Part shown: piece by piece, positions 19,883 to 29,926 of the stretch
Position numbering within the stretch: position 1 is the first letter of the stretch
How the letters are laid out: each line of letters begins with the position of its first letter
Assembly: GCA_963768175.1 (NCBI GenBank)
Contig: CAVYGQ010000001.1
Location: 5,908 to 69,907 of the forward strand
Reading direction: 5' to 3'
Length of the DNA: 64,000 nt
Origin: Candidatus Doudnabacteria bacterium
GTDB lineage: Bacteria > Patescibacteriota > Doudnabacteria > UBA920
Notes under the pieces: model-generated
Database searches by the model: none
The model's input: the letters and a program-made list of their open reading frames with translations, nothing else
What the model was told of the DNA's origin: nothing
Translations under genes and position numbers: made by a program

Positions 19883-21178
19883 ATGAAATATAATAAAAAA
19901 GTTTTATCGAATGGCCTAACAATAATTGAAGTTCCTTCTAGCGACGCGGAAAGCGTGGTGGTGGATTTTTTTGTGAAGACCGGCTCGCGCAGCGAAACCG
20001 CCAAAGAAAACGGCATTTCCCATTTTTTGGAACATTTTTTATTCAAGGGCAGCAGAAAATATCCTTCGGCCATGGCTATTTCGGAGGTTGTAGATGCCAT
20101 TGGCGGGGAAATGAACGCCAATACTGGCAAGGAATATACCCAGTTTTATATTAAAGCGGCCAGCAAACATTTGCCGCTGATTTTTGGAATTCTTACGGAC
20201 ATGATCCAGAATCCTCTTTTGGACAAAGAGGAAATGAAACGCGAGAAGGGCGTGATTATGGAAGAAATCAATATGTACAAAGACATGCCTATGGTGGAAA
20301 TAGACAACGTGCTGGAACGAACTATGTGGCCGAAAGATGCCTTAGGTCGCGATATTGCCGGCACCAAGAAAATCGTGGCCAAATTTAGCCGCCAAATGTT
20401 CGCAGATTATATTAATAGGCATTATCAGACGCCAAATATACTTTTGGGAGTTTCGGGTAAATATAATGCCAAGCAATTAAGTCAGCTAATCCAAAAATAT
20501 TGGCAATCTAGGAAGAGGACTGTCCTTTTTAAAAAGGACAGTCCTCACTGGATTCGCGTTAAAGACAAACAATCCACCCCGCGGATAAAAATAGATTACA
20601 AAGATACCAAACAAGCGCATTTGGCTTTGGGTTTTAAGGGCTTTGCTTATGGTGACAGCCGCAATTCTGCGGTGTCGGTTTTGGCCGCCGTTTTGGGCGG
20701 CGGGATGTCCAGCCGCCTATTTACGGAAGTGCGGGAAAAGCGCGGCTTGGGCTATTATGTGCGCTCAAGCCAGGGAAACTATCAGGATACCGGCAGCTTT
20801 ACCGTAAGCGCGGGCGTGCAGGTGGATAAAATTACGGAGGCGCTAAAAGTTATTTTAGTTGAATTAAAAAAGATTAAAGGCACTCCCGTTGGGGAAAAAG
20901 AAATCCAAAAAGCCAAAGAATACATAAAAGGCAAAACCGTTTTGGCATTGGAAGACAACCAAGTCAGGCTGGACTGGTTTTTGGAGCGCACGGCGTTTTA
21001 TAAAAAAATAGAAATTCCGGAAGAAGTTTTTAAGCGCATAGACGCGGTATCGGCAAAAGACATTGCCAAAGTCGCAAAACAATTATTCGTTAATAAAGGA
21101 ATGACATTGGCAATAATTGGTCCATATAAAACTGATAGAAATTTTAGGAGAAATTTAAATGTTGAAAGTAAAAAATAG
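19883..21178 (+). CDS. M16 family zinc peptidase (insulinase/PqqL-like)
   Basis: HFLEHFLFKGS HxxEH zinc-binding motif, 431 aa. Confidence 0.85.
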   Translation: MKYNKKVLSNGLTIIEVPSSDAESVVVDFFVKTGSRSETAKENGISHFLEHFLFKGSRKYPSAMAISEVVDAIGGEMNANTGKEYTQFYIKAASKHLPLIFGILTDMIQNPLLDKEEMKREKGVIMEEINMYKDMPMVEIDNVLERTMWPKDALGRDIAGTKKIVAKFSRQMFADYINRHYQTPNILLGVSGKYNAKQLSQLIQKYWQSRKRTVLFKKDSPHWIRVKDKQSTPRIKIDYKDTKQAHLALGFKGFAYGDSRNSAVSVLAAVLGGGMSSRLFTEVREKRGLGYYVRSSQGNYQDTGSFTVSAGVQVDKITEALKVILVELKKIKGTPVGEKEIQKAKEYIKGKTVLALEDNQVRLDWFLERTAFYKKIEIPEEVFKRIDAVSAKDIAKVAKQLFVNKGMTLAIIGPYKTDRNFRRNLNVESKK

Positions 21179-22104
21179 CTTGCTGATTGGCTGCCATGTT
21201 TCCTCCGCCGAGGGGGTGTTTAATGCGCCAAAAAACGCGGCAGATTTAGGCTGCGAAACCTTCCAGATTTTTACGCGGCCGCCTATGGGAGGCAAGGCGC
21301 CGGAGCTGACGGATGAGATTGCCAGGCGGTTTAAAGAGGAAATGGAAAAGTATTTTGACAGAGGTGTCCCCTCTGCTGCAGAGGGGACACCTCTGTTCGT
21401 GGTCCACTGCCCGTATTTTGTTAATTTCGGATCCAAGAGCCCGCATTTACCACGGTTCAATTTCGGTCGTGGGCGAGGAGTTAAAAAGAGCCAATATGCT
21501 TGGCGCAAAATATGTAATGACGCATTTGGGCAGCGGCAAGGATCTTGGCCAAACAGCTGCCCTTCATCAGGCTAAAGAAGGTTTAACGGAAGTCTTAAAA
21601 AAGTATGAGGGCCAAACCCAATTCTTGCTGGAAATTGCCGCCGGGGTAGGCGAAACGCTTGGCGGGACTTTTGAGCAATTGGCCGAACTGATGGGGCCAC
21701 TGGTAAAATTTAAAACTTTCGGCGGAATTTGCTTTGATACCCAGCATGCTTTTGCCAGCGGTTACGATTTGCGCGACGGCGCGGCCGTAGCGGAAACTTT
21801 TAAAAAATTTGATAAAACAATCGGCCTTAGATGGCTAAAAATGAGCCATATTAACGATTCCAAAATAGAGTTGGGCGGCAAAAAAGACCGCCACGAACAC
21901 ATCGGAGACGGGAAAATCGGGGAGAAGGGATTTGGGGCGCTTTTGGCTTATTTAAGCACCCTCTCTGCCACCCTTCGGGTGGCATCTTCTCCAAAGGGGG
22001 AGAAAGATAATGTGCTCCGCGCTTTACCCTTGATTTTGGAAACCGAGCATGATAAAGTAGAGGCAGATATTAAAATTTTGAAAAGTATAAGAGACAAAAT
22101 TTAA
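21159..22104 (+). CDS. nfo: Endonuclease IV (AP endonuclease), split by an apparent 1-nt indel near 21455-21470. Carries two in-frame palindrome inserts.
   Basis: The 21159..21575 ORF (…HCPYFVNFGSKSPHL) and the 21313..22104 ORF (SISVVGEELKRANMLGAKYVMTHLGS...) together match Endo IV. Inserts at 21359-21395 and ~21958-22010. Confidence 0.8.
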
Positions 22105-22120
22105 GAAAGGAAATAAATAT

Positions 22121-22333
22121 ATGTTAGAAGGTCGAAGAAGCGTGCCTGAAGCGAGGCCAACTATGCCAGATGTACCCCGTGATATTGAGACTCAAGGCAG
22201 AATAAAAATACCATCCATCTCACCTGAGTTAGCAACTCTCAAAATGAGAGATCCTTATGAGTGGGGTCAGAGAATTGTTGGCGATGACGGTCTTTTTCGA
22301 ATGATAACCGAGAGATTAGAAAGAAATCAATAA
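22121..22333 (+). CDS. Small hypothetical protein
   Basis: ORF only. Confidence 0.3.
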   Translation: MLEGRRSVPEARPTMPDVPRDIETQGRIKIPSISPELATLKMRDPYEWGQRIVGDDGLFRMITERLERNQ

Positions 22334-22336
22334 GAC

Positions 22337-22561
22337 ATGGACAATAAAACCCAAAGCATTATAGATTTAATCCGCCAAACGGATTTAGACCAAACTATTA
22401 AAGATATCCTCATTCGTGATTTACAAAACGAGGGGTTGACCGATTTTCTTAGAGAGCAAATAAAAGCTTACTGTCTGCAAGGGTTGAAAGAAATTGAGCC
22501 TCATTTGGAAGAAGCAAAAAAAATTCTTGAAGAACGCCAAAAACAAAATCCGGGGCAGTAA
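22337..22561 (+). CDS. Small hypothetical protein, followed by a terminator-like hairpin
   Basis: ORF, with tccggggcagtaactccgga + T-run downstream. Confidence 0.3.
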   Translation: MDNKTQSIIDLIRQTDLDQTIKDILIRDLQNEGLTDFLREQIKAYCLQGLKEIEPHLEEAKKILEERQKQNPGQ

Positions 22562-22606
22562 CTCCGGATTTTTGCTTTTTTACGGCAAATATTCTAATAT
22601 TACGGT

Positions 22607-23593
22607 ATGAAGTATAACGAACTGGACATTTCCACCAAAGTCATACTGCAGGTTGTGTTTGTGTTTTTGGCTTTGGTTTTTTTGTGGCTGATCCGCGATA
22701 TCATCCTTTTATTGTTGATTTCCCTTATTTTGGCGTCGGCCATGGAGCCTTTGGTGGACGCTTTGCACGAGAAAAAGGTGCCGCGGGTTTTAAGCGTATT
22801 TGTAGTCTACATAATTTTTATCGGCGTAGCCGCGCTGGTTATTTATTTGATGATTCCTCCCGTAATCCAGCAGGTGAAAATTTTGCAGGCCAACCTGCCT
22901 CAATACGGCCAGGCGCTGCAGTCGCAGTTCGGGGGTTTGGACGTCCAGAGCTTTTTGCAAAGCTTGGTTTCCGGCTTTAACGGAGGCAACGTGGTGCAGA
23001 GCACTTTTGGCGTATTCAACGGCGCGCTTAACGCCATCGCGGTGGTAATTATCTCGGTCTATCTGGTGGCCGAAGAAAAGGGCATGAAGACTTTTGTGGC
23101 GTCGCTTTTGCCCGCCCGCCACCACGAATTTGCCTTAAATTTAATCATCAAGATCCAAAAGAAAATGGGCGGGTGGGTTTTGGGGCAGATAATTATCAGT
23201 TTCGGCATCTTTTTATTTACCTACATCGGCCTTTTGCTGCTGCATGTCCAATATGCCCTGGTTTTAGCCTTGCTTTCGGGATTGTTTGAAGTTGTGCCTT
23301 ACATCGGCCCGTTTATTTCGGCCATTCCGGCAATGTTCATTGGTTTTATCCAGCACCCAAGCCTGGCTATTTGGGTAGCCGTGCTTTACTTGCTGGTGCA
23401 CGAAGTGGAAGGTTACGTTCTGGTCCCCAAAATTATGGAGAAGACTACCAGCACTTCACCGCTGTTGACCTTGGTGGCCTTAATGATAGGTTACGAGCTG
23501 GCCGGGGTTATTGGCTTGGTTATTTCCATACCCATTGCCACGGCTTTAACCGTGGCGGTCCAGGAGTTTTTTGCCAGCCGCAGCGCATCTTAA
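22607..23593 (+). CDS. AI-2E family transporter (PerM/UPF0118)
   Basis: Multi-TM protein with the typical AI-2E family layout. Confidence 0.75.
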   Translation: MKYNELDISTKVILQVVFVFLALVFLWLIRDIILLLLISLILASAMEPLVDALHEKKVPRVLSVFVVYIIFIGVAALVIYLMIPPVIQQVKILQANLPQYGQALQSQFGGLDVQSFLQSLVSGFNGGNVVQSTFGVFNGALNAIAVVIISVYLVAEEKGMKTFVASLLPARHHEFALNLIIKIQKKMGGWVLGQIIISFGIFLFTYIGLLLLHVQYALVLALLSGLFEVVPYIGPFISAIPAMFIGFIQHPSLAIWVAVLYLLVHEVEGYVLVPKIMEKTTSTSPLLTLVALMIGYELAGVIGLVISIPIATALTVAVQEFFASRSAS

Positions 23594-23754
23594 TGATTTG
23601 AAAAAAACGCTTTAAAAAGGTATAATAAAAGGGCTAGAAATAGCCTTTTTGTTTTATAGCGACACAAATATACGAATGCCACACTAATGATATGAATTCA
23701 TGGATTAGTATCATTCGTGTGTAAATTTATGTCATTAGTATCGCTTTTGCTTTT

Positions 23755-25275
23755 ATGGAAAAATTTTACATCACCACAACCTTGCCTTATGTAAACTCCG
23801 ATCCTCATTTGGGGTTTGCTTTAGAAATGGTCCAAGCCGACGTTATTGCCCGTTATCATAAGGATATTTTAAAGCAGGAAGTATTTTTTAACACGGGCAC
23901 CGATGAGCACGGGCTGAAAATTTTCCGCAAAGCCAAAGAAGAAGGCAAGGAAATCCAAAGCTACGTTAATGAATACGCGGAAAAGTTCAAAAAATTAATG
24001 CCGGCTCTGGGTATAATGCCGGATGTCCATTTTATCCGTACCACCGACCCGCACCATCTTGCCGCTTGCCGGGAGTTCTGGATAAGGTGTTTTAATAATG
24101 GCGATATTTATAAAAAAATCTATAAAGTTAAATATTGCGTAGGCTGCGAGCTGGAAAAAACCGAGAGCGATTTGGACGAAAACGGACGATGCTTGATCCA
24201 TCCGCATTTAAAAATTGAGCTTATAGACGAAGAAAATTATTTTTTCAGGTTTTCCAAATACCAACAGCCGCTTTTGGAATTGTACGGAAAAAATCCGCAA
24301 TTCGTGGTGCCGGATTTTCGCTTTAACGAAATTAAGCAATTCGTAAAATCCGGTTTGCAGGATTTTTCCGTCTCCCGTTTAAAATCCAAAATGCCCTGGG
24401 GCGTGCCGGTGCCGGATGACGAAAACCATGTAATGTATGTGTGGTTTGACGCGCTGATAAATTATGTGTCAACTTTGGGTTGGCCCTCCTCCGCTAAAGC
24501 TCCGGAGGGCAAGCCGTCAGAATTCGATCAATTATGGGGAACGCGCGAACACCCCAATTGCATACAAATCGCCGGCAAAGATAATATCCGCCAGCAGTCG
24601 GCCATGTGGCAAGCCATGCTAATGTCCGCCGGCCTTCCCAATTCCAAACAAATAATTATCCACGGCTTTATTAACAGCGGCGGGCAAAAAATGTCCAAAT
24701 CTTTGGGCAACGTGGCGGATCCGTATGTGATTATCGATCAGCTTAAATCTAAGGGCTTAACCGACGAACAAGCCATAGACGCCCTGCGCTATTATCTTGT
24801 GCGCGAAGTTTCCACCTTTGAAGACGGCGATTACACTTGGGAAAAGTTTGCGGAGAGCTATAACGCGGGCTTGGCGAATGGTATTGGCAATTTAACTAGC
24901 AGGATTATGAAGATGGCAATTAGTAACGATGTAAGTCCTATCAGTCCTATCAGTCCTATCAGTCCTATCAGTCCTATTTCGTCCTATCAGTCCAACCAGT
25001 TCTTGGATAACTACGAGCTCCAAAAAGCTTTCGACGCCGTTTGGCAAAAAATAAAAGCTTGCGATGAGTTTATCCAAAAAAACGAGCCATTCAAAGTTAT
25101 AAAGACAGACAAAGAAAAGGCCACGAAAGATATACAACATTTGTTATCGGAACAGCATCAGATCGCAACCGATTTAATTCCTTTCCTTCCCGCAACCAGC
25201 GAAAAGATATTAGCCGTTTTAAAAAATCCTAAATTGGAAAACATTCCAAAATTATTTCCGAGAATTGATTTTTAA
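23755..25275 (+). CDS. metG: Methionyl-tRNA synthetase, containing an in-frame (SPI)n microsatellite
   Basis: PHLGFA (HIGH-like) and KMSKSLGNV motifs. A 9-bp tandem repeat (agtcctatc) at 24934-24990 encodes SPISPISPISPIS. Confidence 0.85.
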   Translation: MEKFYITTTLPYVNSDPHLGFALEMVQADVIARYHKDILKQEVFFNTGTDEHGLKIFRKAKEEGKEIQSYVNEYAEKFKKLMPALGIMPDVHFIRTTDPHHLAACREFWIRCFNNGDIYKKIYKVKYCVGCELEKTESDLDENGRCLIHPHLKIELIDEENYFFRFSKYQQPLLELYGKNPQFVVPDFRFNEIKQFVKSGLQDFSVSRLKSKMPWGVPVPDDENHVMYVWFDALINYVSTLGWPSSAKAPEGKPSEFDQLWGTREHPNCIQIAGKDNIRQQSAMWQAMLMSAGLPNSKQIIIHGFINSGGQKMSKSLGNVADPYVIIDQLKSKGLTDEQAIDALRYYLVREVSTFEDGDYTWEKFAESYNAGLANGIGNLTSRIMKMAISNDVSPISPISPISPISPISSYQSNQFLDNYELQKAFDAVWQKIKACDEFIQKNEPFKVIKTDKEKATKDIQHLLSEQHQIATDLIPFLPATSEKILAVLKNPKLENIPKLFPRIDF

Positions 25276-25303
25276 ACCTTCAATCATAAATCTTAAATCT
25301 GTA

Positions 25304-26299
25304 ATGCTGATAGACACCCACGCCCATGTTAATTTTCGCAGTTTTAAAGACGATGCCAAGGAGACTTTGCAGCGGGCGCTTGACAGTGGCACTTGGGTAA
25401 TTAATGTCGGTTCGCAAATAGATACGTCGCGCCAGGCTGTGGAGCTGGCTAATCAGTTTGAAAAAGGAATTTACGCGGTGGTCGGGCTTCACCCGGAGCA
25501 TACGCATTCAAAATTTGTGGATGAGGAAGAAACGCACTTTTTAACTCGCGAAGAAAATTTTGACTACGAAAATTACAGGAAGCTGGCGCAAGATCCCAAA
25601 GTTGTAGGCATAGGGGAATGTGGACTTGACTATTATCGTTTGCCCGGAGGTGTTGAACCGCAAATCATTAAGCAAAAGCAAAAAGACGCATTTAGGTTAC
25701 AGGTAAAATTGGCGAAAGAATTAAATAAAGTTTTGGTCGTTCACAGCAGGCCGGAAAAAGACAGCGAAGAATTATTTAACGATTTAATTACGATCCTTGA
25801 TGAAGAACTCCTCCCTCGGCGTCATTCTGAGGGAGTGCAGCCGACTGAAGAATCTCAATCCAAGAATAAAGAGATCCTTCCCCCGGCTCAAGGCCGGGGT
25901 CAGGATGACGCCCTTCTTCGTTTTGAAGTTCATAGTTTTACCGGTAGCCCGGAATCTTTGCAAAAATTTCTTGACCGCGGCGCGTACGTCTCTTTTAACG
26001 GCATTATCACTTTTGGCCGACCAAAAAATAAAAATAGCCGGCCATCCGCCGAAGCTTTAGCGAAGGTGGATGATAAAACCGGCAATATGGAAAAATTGGT
26101 AAAACTGGCCCCGCTTGATAAAATAATATTGGAAACTGATTGCCCGTATTTGGCACCGGTGCCAAATCGCGGAAAAAGAAATGAACCCAGTTTTGTAAAG
26201 TTTGTGGCTAATAAGGTCGCGGAGATTAAGGGTTTATCAGTTGATGAAGTTGCCGAAGAGACAACTAAAAACGCTAAGCAATTATTCCTTCTCCCTTGA
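25304..26299 (+). CDS. tatD: TatD family hydrolase/DNase, with a ~95-nt MITE copy inserted in-frame
   Basis: MLIDTHAHVNF...GLHPEH...ETDCPYLAPVP motifs. In-frame insert at 25818-25912. Confidence 0.85.
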   Translation: MLIDTHAHVNFRSFKDDAKETLQRALDSGTWVINVGSQIDTSRQAVELANQFEKGIYAVVGLHPEHTHSKFVDEEETHFLTREENFDYENYRKLAQDPKVVGIGECGLDYYRLPGGVEPQIIKQKQKDAFRLQVKLAKELNKVLVVHSRPEKDSEELFNDLITILDEELLPRRHSEGVQPTEESQSKNKEILPPAQGRGQDDALLRFEVHSFTGSPESLQKFLDRGAYVSFNGIITFGRPKNKNSRPSAEALAKVDDKTGNMEKLVKLAPLDKIILETDCPYLAPVPNRGKRNEPSFVKFVANKVAEIKGLSVDEVAEETTKNAKQLFLLP

Positions 26300-26322
26300 G
26301 GGAGAAGGTGGCCGGAGGCCGG

Positions 26323-26676
26323 ATGAGGGGGATAGAAAGCCAAAAACTAATAACAATTGCCAAAAAGTTAAGGCAAAATCAAACACCTTGGGAAGCTAAA
26401 CTTTGGCAGTTGTTAAGAGGCAGGAGGTTTAGAAACTTCAAATTTAGAAGGCAATACCCAATCGGAAAATACGTAGCTGACCTTTGTTGTTTAAGTAAAA
26501 AATTGATTATTGAATTGGACGGAAGCGGTCATAATATGCCGGAAAATAAAGCTTACGATTTCAAGAGAAATAGGTTCTTTACACAGAAAGGTTATAAGGT
26601 TTTAAGAGTTTGGAATTCTGAACTAGATAATAATTTAGAGGGTGTGCTGCAGGAAATTTATAAATTTTTATCTTAA
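26323..26676 (+). CDS. DUF559 (Vsr-like endonuclease fold) protein
   Basis: KLWQLLRGRRFRNFKFRRQYPIGKYVADLCCLSKKLIIELDGSGH signature. Confidence 0.7.
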   Translation: MRGIESQKLITIAKKLRQNQTPWEAKLWQLLRGRRFRNFKFRRQYPIGKYVADLCCLSKKLIIELDGSGHNMPENKAYDFKRNRFFTQKGYKVLRVWNSELDNNLEGVLQEIYKFLS

Positions 26677-26680
26677 TAAC

Positions 26681-26760
26681 CCCCTCACCCGTCACCCTTC
26701 CGCCTCCGCCAAGGCTACGGCGGACAGGTCGGGTGACACCCTCTCCCTAAGGGAGAGGGG
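26681..26760. repeat. 80-nt element CCCTCACCCGTCACCC..CGCCAAGGCTACGGCGGACAGGTCGGGTG..CTCTCCCnnnGGGAGAGG (intergenic copy)
   Basis: Near-identical to 39081-39160, which lies inside purH. Confidence 0.7.
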
Positions 26761-26861
26761 TAATTGATTGCTATTATGCAAAAGTATAATCACAAAAAAA
26801 TAGAGGCCAAGTGGCCCTCCTTCGTCCGCCTTTGGCGGACTTCGGAGGGTAAACAAAAGAT

Positions 26862-29822
26862 ATGAATAAATATAATTTTAGTAAGATCGAAAAAAAATGG
26901 CAGTCTTATTGGTCAAAGAAAAAAATTTTTTTGGCCAAGGATTTTAGCAAAAAGCCCAAGAAATATATCTTGGTGGAATTTCCGTATCCCAGCGGCGCGG
27001 GGCTTCATATGGGGCATTTAAGGCCTTATGTGGCGGCCGATGTTTATACCAGATACAGCAGAATGAAGGGTTACGAGACTTTGTTTCCCATCGGCTGGGA
27101 CGCATTTGGCTTGCCCGCGGAAAATTACGCCATTAAAATGGGCGTGCATCCCTCCAAGACTACGGCGCAAAACGTTAAGAATGCCAAGAAGCAAATGCAG
27201 TCTTGGGCGCTTTCTTTTGACTGGAGCCGCGAAATTAATACCACGGACCCGAATTATTATAAATGGACTCAGTGGCTGTTTTTGCAATTTTACAAAAAGG
27301 GTTTGGCTTACGAAGCCACGGGTTTGATTAACTGGTGCCCTAAAGATAAAACCGGTTTGGCCAATGAAGAAGTGATCGATGGAAAATGTGAGCGTTGCAG
27401 CACGACCGTGGAAAAAAAAGAATTGCGCCAGTGGTATTTAAAAATTACCGCCTACGCGGAAAAATTATTGGAAGGACTTAAAAATTTGCCCGACTGGCCG
27501 GAACCGGTCAAGCTCCAGCAGGAGAATTGGATTGGCAAAAGCGTGGGCGCGGAAATAGATTTTATGCTTGTCCAGCCGCTGGTCAAGAGGTTTGTAATTC
27601 TACACGGGAGGGACGGCTCATCACGTAAAAATTTTACCCCTTGGCTCAAAAAAGAACTTGAGTTGCGCGGATTTGAAGTTCAGGCCCCAGATATGCCAAG
27701 TCCGGATATGCCGAATGATGTTCAGCAGGCCGAATTTGTTAAAAATAATTGTAAGTTAGACGAGCAAACCGTTATCATTGGCCATTCTTTTGGCGGGGTG
27801 GTAGCGTTGCGTCTTTTGGAGCAGGGAATTAAAGTTAACCGGACGGTTTTAGTATCAACCCCTTATAGCGGGAAGTTTTTGGACGGCAAGGAGAGGCCGA
27901 CTGTTGCCGCGGCGGTAAAAAAAGGTTTTGATTTTGGGTTCATTAAAAAACAAAAAGCATGTTTTAGCCTTTTGTATGATTTGGGCGATTATGTGGTGCC
28001 GATGTCCGATGGCGAGGAATTTGAGAAGCATACCGGCTTTGGGGTATTAAAAGCCAAAGCTCAGCAGCCGCATTTTAGTGCCAACGAGGAACCGGAAGTG
28101 CTGTCGGTAGCTTTAGGAGCCGTAAGAGTTTTTACCACCAGGCCGGATACGATTTTTGGAGCCACTTATTTGGTATTGGCGCCGGAGCATCCGGTGGCTC
28201 GCGCCACTGCCATGCAGGTCTCCAATTCCGCGGAGGTTTTAAAATATATTGAAGAGGCAAAAAATAAGACAGACATCCAGCGTTCGGCGACTGAAAAAGA
28301 CAAAACAGGCGTGGAGTTAAAGGGTGCGTTCGCGATTAATCCGGCCACCAAAGAAAAAATTTCTATTTGGGTGGCGGATTATGTGCTTTGGGTCTATGGC
28401 ACGGGTGCGATTATGGCCGTGCCCGCGCATGATGAAAGGGATTATGCATTTGCTAAGAAATATCAGCTGCCAATCAAGAGGGTCGTGGTTCCTAAAGGGT
28501 ATTTCGCAAAAGACGACTTTTATACAGGACCTGGCATACTTAAAGATTCGGATGATTTTAGTAATTTAGACTCTGAAGTTGCTATTCCTAAAATGGCAAA
28601 GGAGTTTGGCAAACCGGCCACACAATATAAACTGCGCGATTGGGTATTTTCCAGGCAAAGATATTGGGGCGAGCCGATCCCAATTATCCATTGTCCGAAG
28701 TGCGGGATTGTGCCCGTGCCGGACAAGGACTTGCCGGTAAAGCTTCCGCCGGTTAAAAATTATCAGCCGACCGGGACCGGGGAGTCGCCTTTGGCGGCAG
28801 TCAGCAAATGGGTAAATGTTAAATGTCCGGCCTGCAAATCTTCAGCTAAAAGGGAAACTAATACCATGCCAAATTGGGCAGGGTCATCGTGGTATTGGCT
28901 AAGGTATACCGACCCCAGAGATAAAAAATCTTTTGCCGATTTGCAAAAGCAAAAATACTGGACGCCGGTGGACGTGTATTTTGGCGGAATGGAGCACACC
29001 ACCTTGCATTTACTTTACTCAAGATTTTGGAATTTGTTTTTGTATGATCAAAAGTTGGTAACGTCGCGCGAGCCATACGCCTTGCGCAAGCCGCACGGCA
29101 TTATTTTAGGGCCGGACGGCGAGAAAATGTCCAAGAGCCGCGGCAATGTGGTCAATCCGGACGATATAGTCAAATCTTACGGTGCAGATACTTTAAGGAT
29201 GTATGAAATGTTTTTGGGCCCGCACGAAGATGCCATAGCCTGGAACGGCGAGAGCGTGATTGGCGTGAAGCGGTTTTTGGATAGGGTGTGGAATTGGGTA
29301 AGCGAAGTTGCGGGTGGCAAGTTGTTGGTCGAAAGTGATTCGGAAAAGGTTGCCCGTGCTTTAAATAAGCTGATAAAAAAAATTACCGAAGACATTGAAA
29401 ATTTCCATTTTAATACGGCCATTTCGGCGTTTATGGAATTCCATAATGAGGTTAAAGATGAGCCAATATCTGTGGAATCCATCAAAACATTTTTAAAATT
29501 ACTCTATCCGTTCGCGCCGTATATTTCGGAAGAACTAAATCAGCTTGTTGGCAAAACGCGCGGCCGCGCAAAAAGTCAACAATCCTTGCAGCTGGAAAAC
29601 TGGCCGGCTTTTGACCCGTCAAAAATTGTTGATGCCACTGTGGAAATTGTCGTGCAGATTAACGGCCGTGTTAAAGCCAAGCTGGCCGTGGATGCCGGCA
29701 GCAGTCAGCAACAAGTAAGCGCTAAAGCACAGGAGCTGAATGTAGTTAAGCAGGCTTTAATGAACAAAAGTATCAAGCGAATAATTTTTGTGCCAGGCAG
29801 GCTGATAAATTTTGTTATATAA
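26862..29822 (+). CDS. leuS: Leucyl-tRNA synthetase, carrying an internal ~185-aa YdeN/RBBP9-like alpha/beta serine-hydrolase domain insertion (about 27568-28126)
   Basis: HMGH and KMSKS class I motifs and a full-length LeuRS. Between ...IGKSVGAEIDF and RVFTTRPDTIFGATY lies FVILHGRDGSSRKNFTPWLKKEL...IIGHSFGG..., which resembles YdeN (VYIIHGY..FPWLKKRL.., GHSLG). Confidence 0.9.
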   Translation: MNKYNFSKIEKKWQSYWSKKKIFLAKDFSKKPKKYILVEFPYPSGAGLHMGHLRPYVAADVYTRYSRMKGYETLFPIGWDAFGLPAENYAIKMGVHPSKTTAQNVKNAKKQMQSWALSFDWSREINTTDPNYYKWTQWLFLQFYKKGLAYEATGLINWCPKDKTGLANEEVIDGKCERCSTTVEKKELRQWYLKITAYAEKLLEGLKNLPDWPEPVKLQQENWIGKSVGAEIDFMLVQPLVKRFVILHGRDGSSRKNFTPWLKKELELRGFEVQAPDMPSPDMPNDVQQAEFVKNNCKLDEQTVIIGHSFGGVVALRLLEQGIKVNRTVLVSTPYSGKFLDGKERPTVAAAVKKGFDFGFIKKQKACFSLLYDLGDYVVPMSDGEEFEKHTGFGVLKAKAQQPHFSANEEPEVLSVALGAVRVFTTRPDTIFGATYLVLAPEHPVARATAMQVSNSAEVLKYIEEAKNKTDIQRSATEKDKTGVELKGAFAINPATKEKISIWVADYVLWVYGTGAIMAVPAHDERDYAFAKKYQLPIKRVVVPKGYFAKDDFYTGPGILKDSDDFSNLDSEVAIPKMAKEFGKPATQYKLRDWVFSRQRYWGEPIPIIHCPKCGIVPVPDKDLPVKLPPVKNYQPTGTGESPLAAVSKWVNVKCPACKSSAKRETNTMPNWAGSSWYWLRYTDPRDKKSFADLQKQKYWTPVDVYFGGMEHTTLHLLYSRFWNLFLYDQKLVTSREPYALRKPHGIILGPDGEKMSKSRGNVVNPDDIVKSYGADTLRMYEMFLGPHEDAIAWNGESVIGVKRFLDRVWNWVSEVAGGKLLVESDSEKVARALNKLIKKITEDIENFHFNTAISAFMEFHNEVKDEPISVESIKTFLKLLYPFAPYISEELNQLVGKTRGRAKSQQSLQLENWPAFDPSKIVDATVEIVVQINGRVKAKLAVDAGSSQQQVSAKAQELNVVKQALMNKSIKRIIFVPGRLINFVI

Positions 29823-29833
29823 ATAATTAACAC

Positions 29834-29922
29834 GGATCTACTGATGGCACGCGGATCAACGGGTAACTGCTGATGTCCGAATCCGTAGACATCCGTAGAT
29901 CCGAATTCAATCCGTAGATCCG
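29834..29922. repeat. MITE-like element with the 11-bp TIR CACGGATCTAC / GTAGATCCGTG and internal ATCCGTAGA direct repeats
   Basis: Seen directly in the sequence between leuS and tsaC. Confidence 0.6.
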
Positions 29923-29926
29923 TGTT

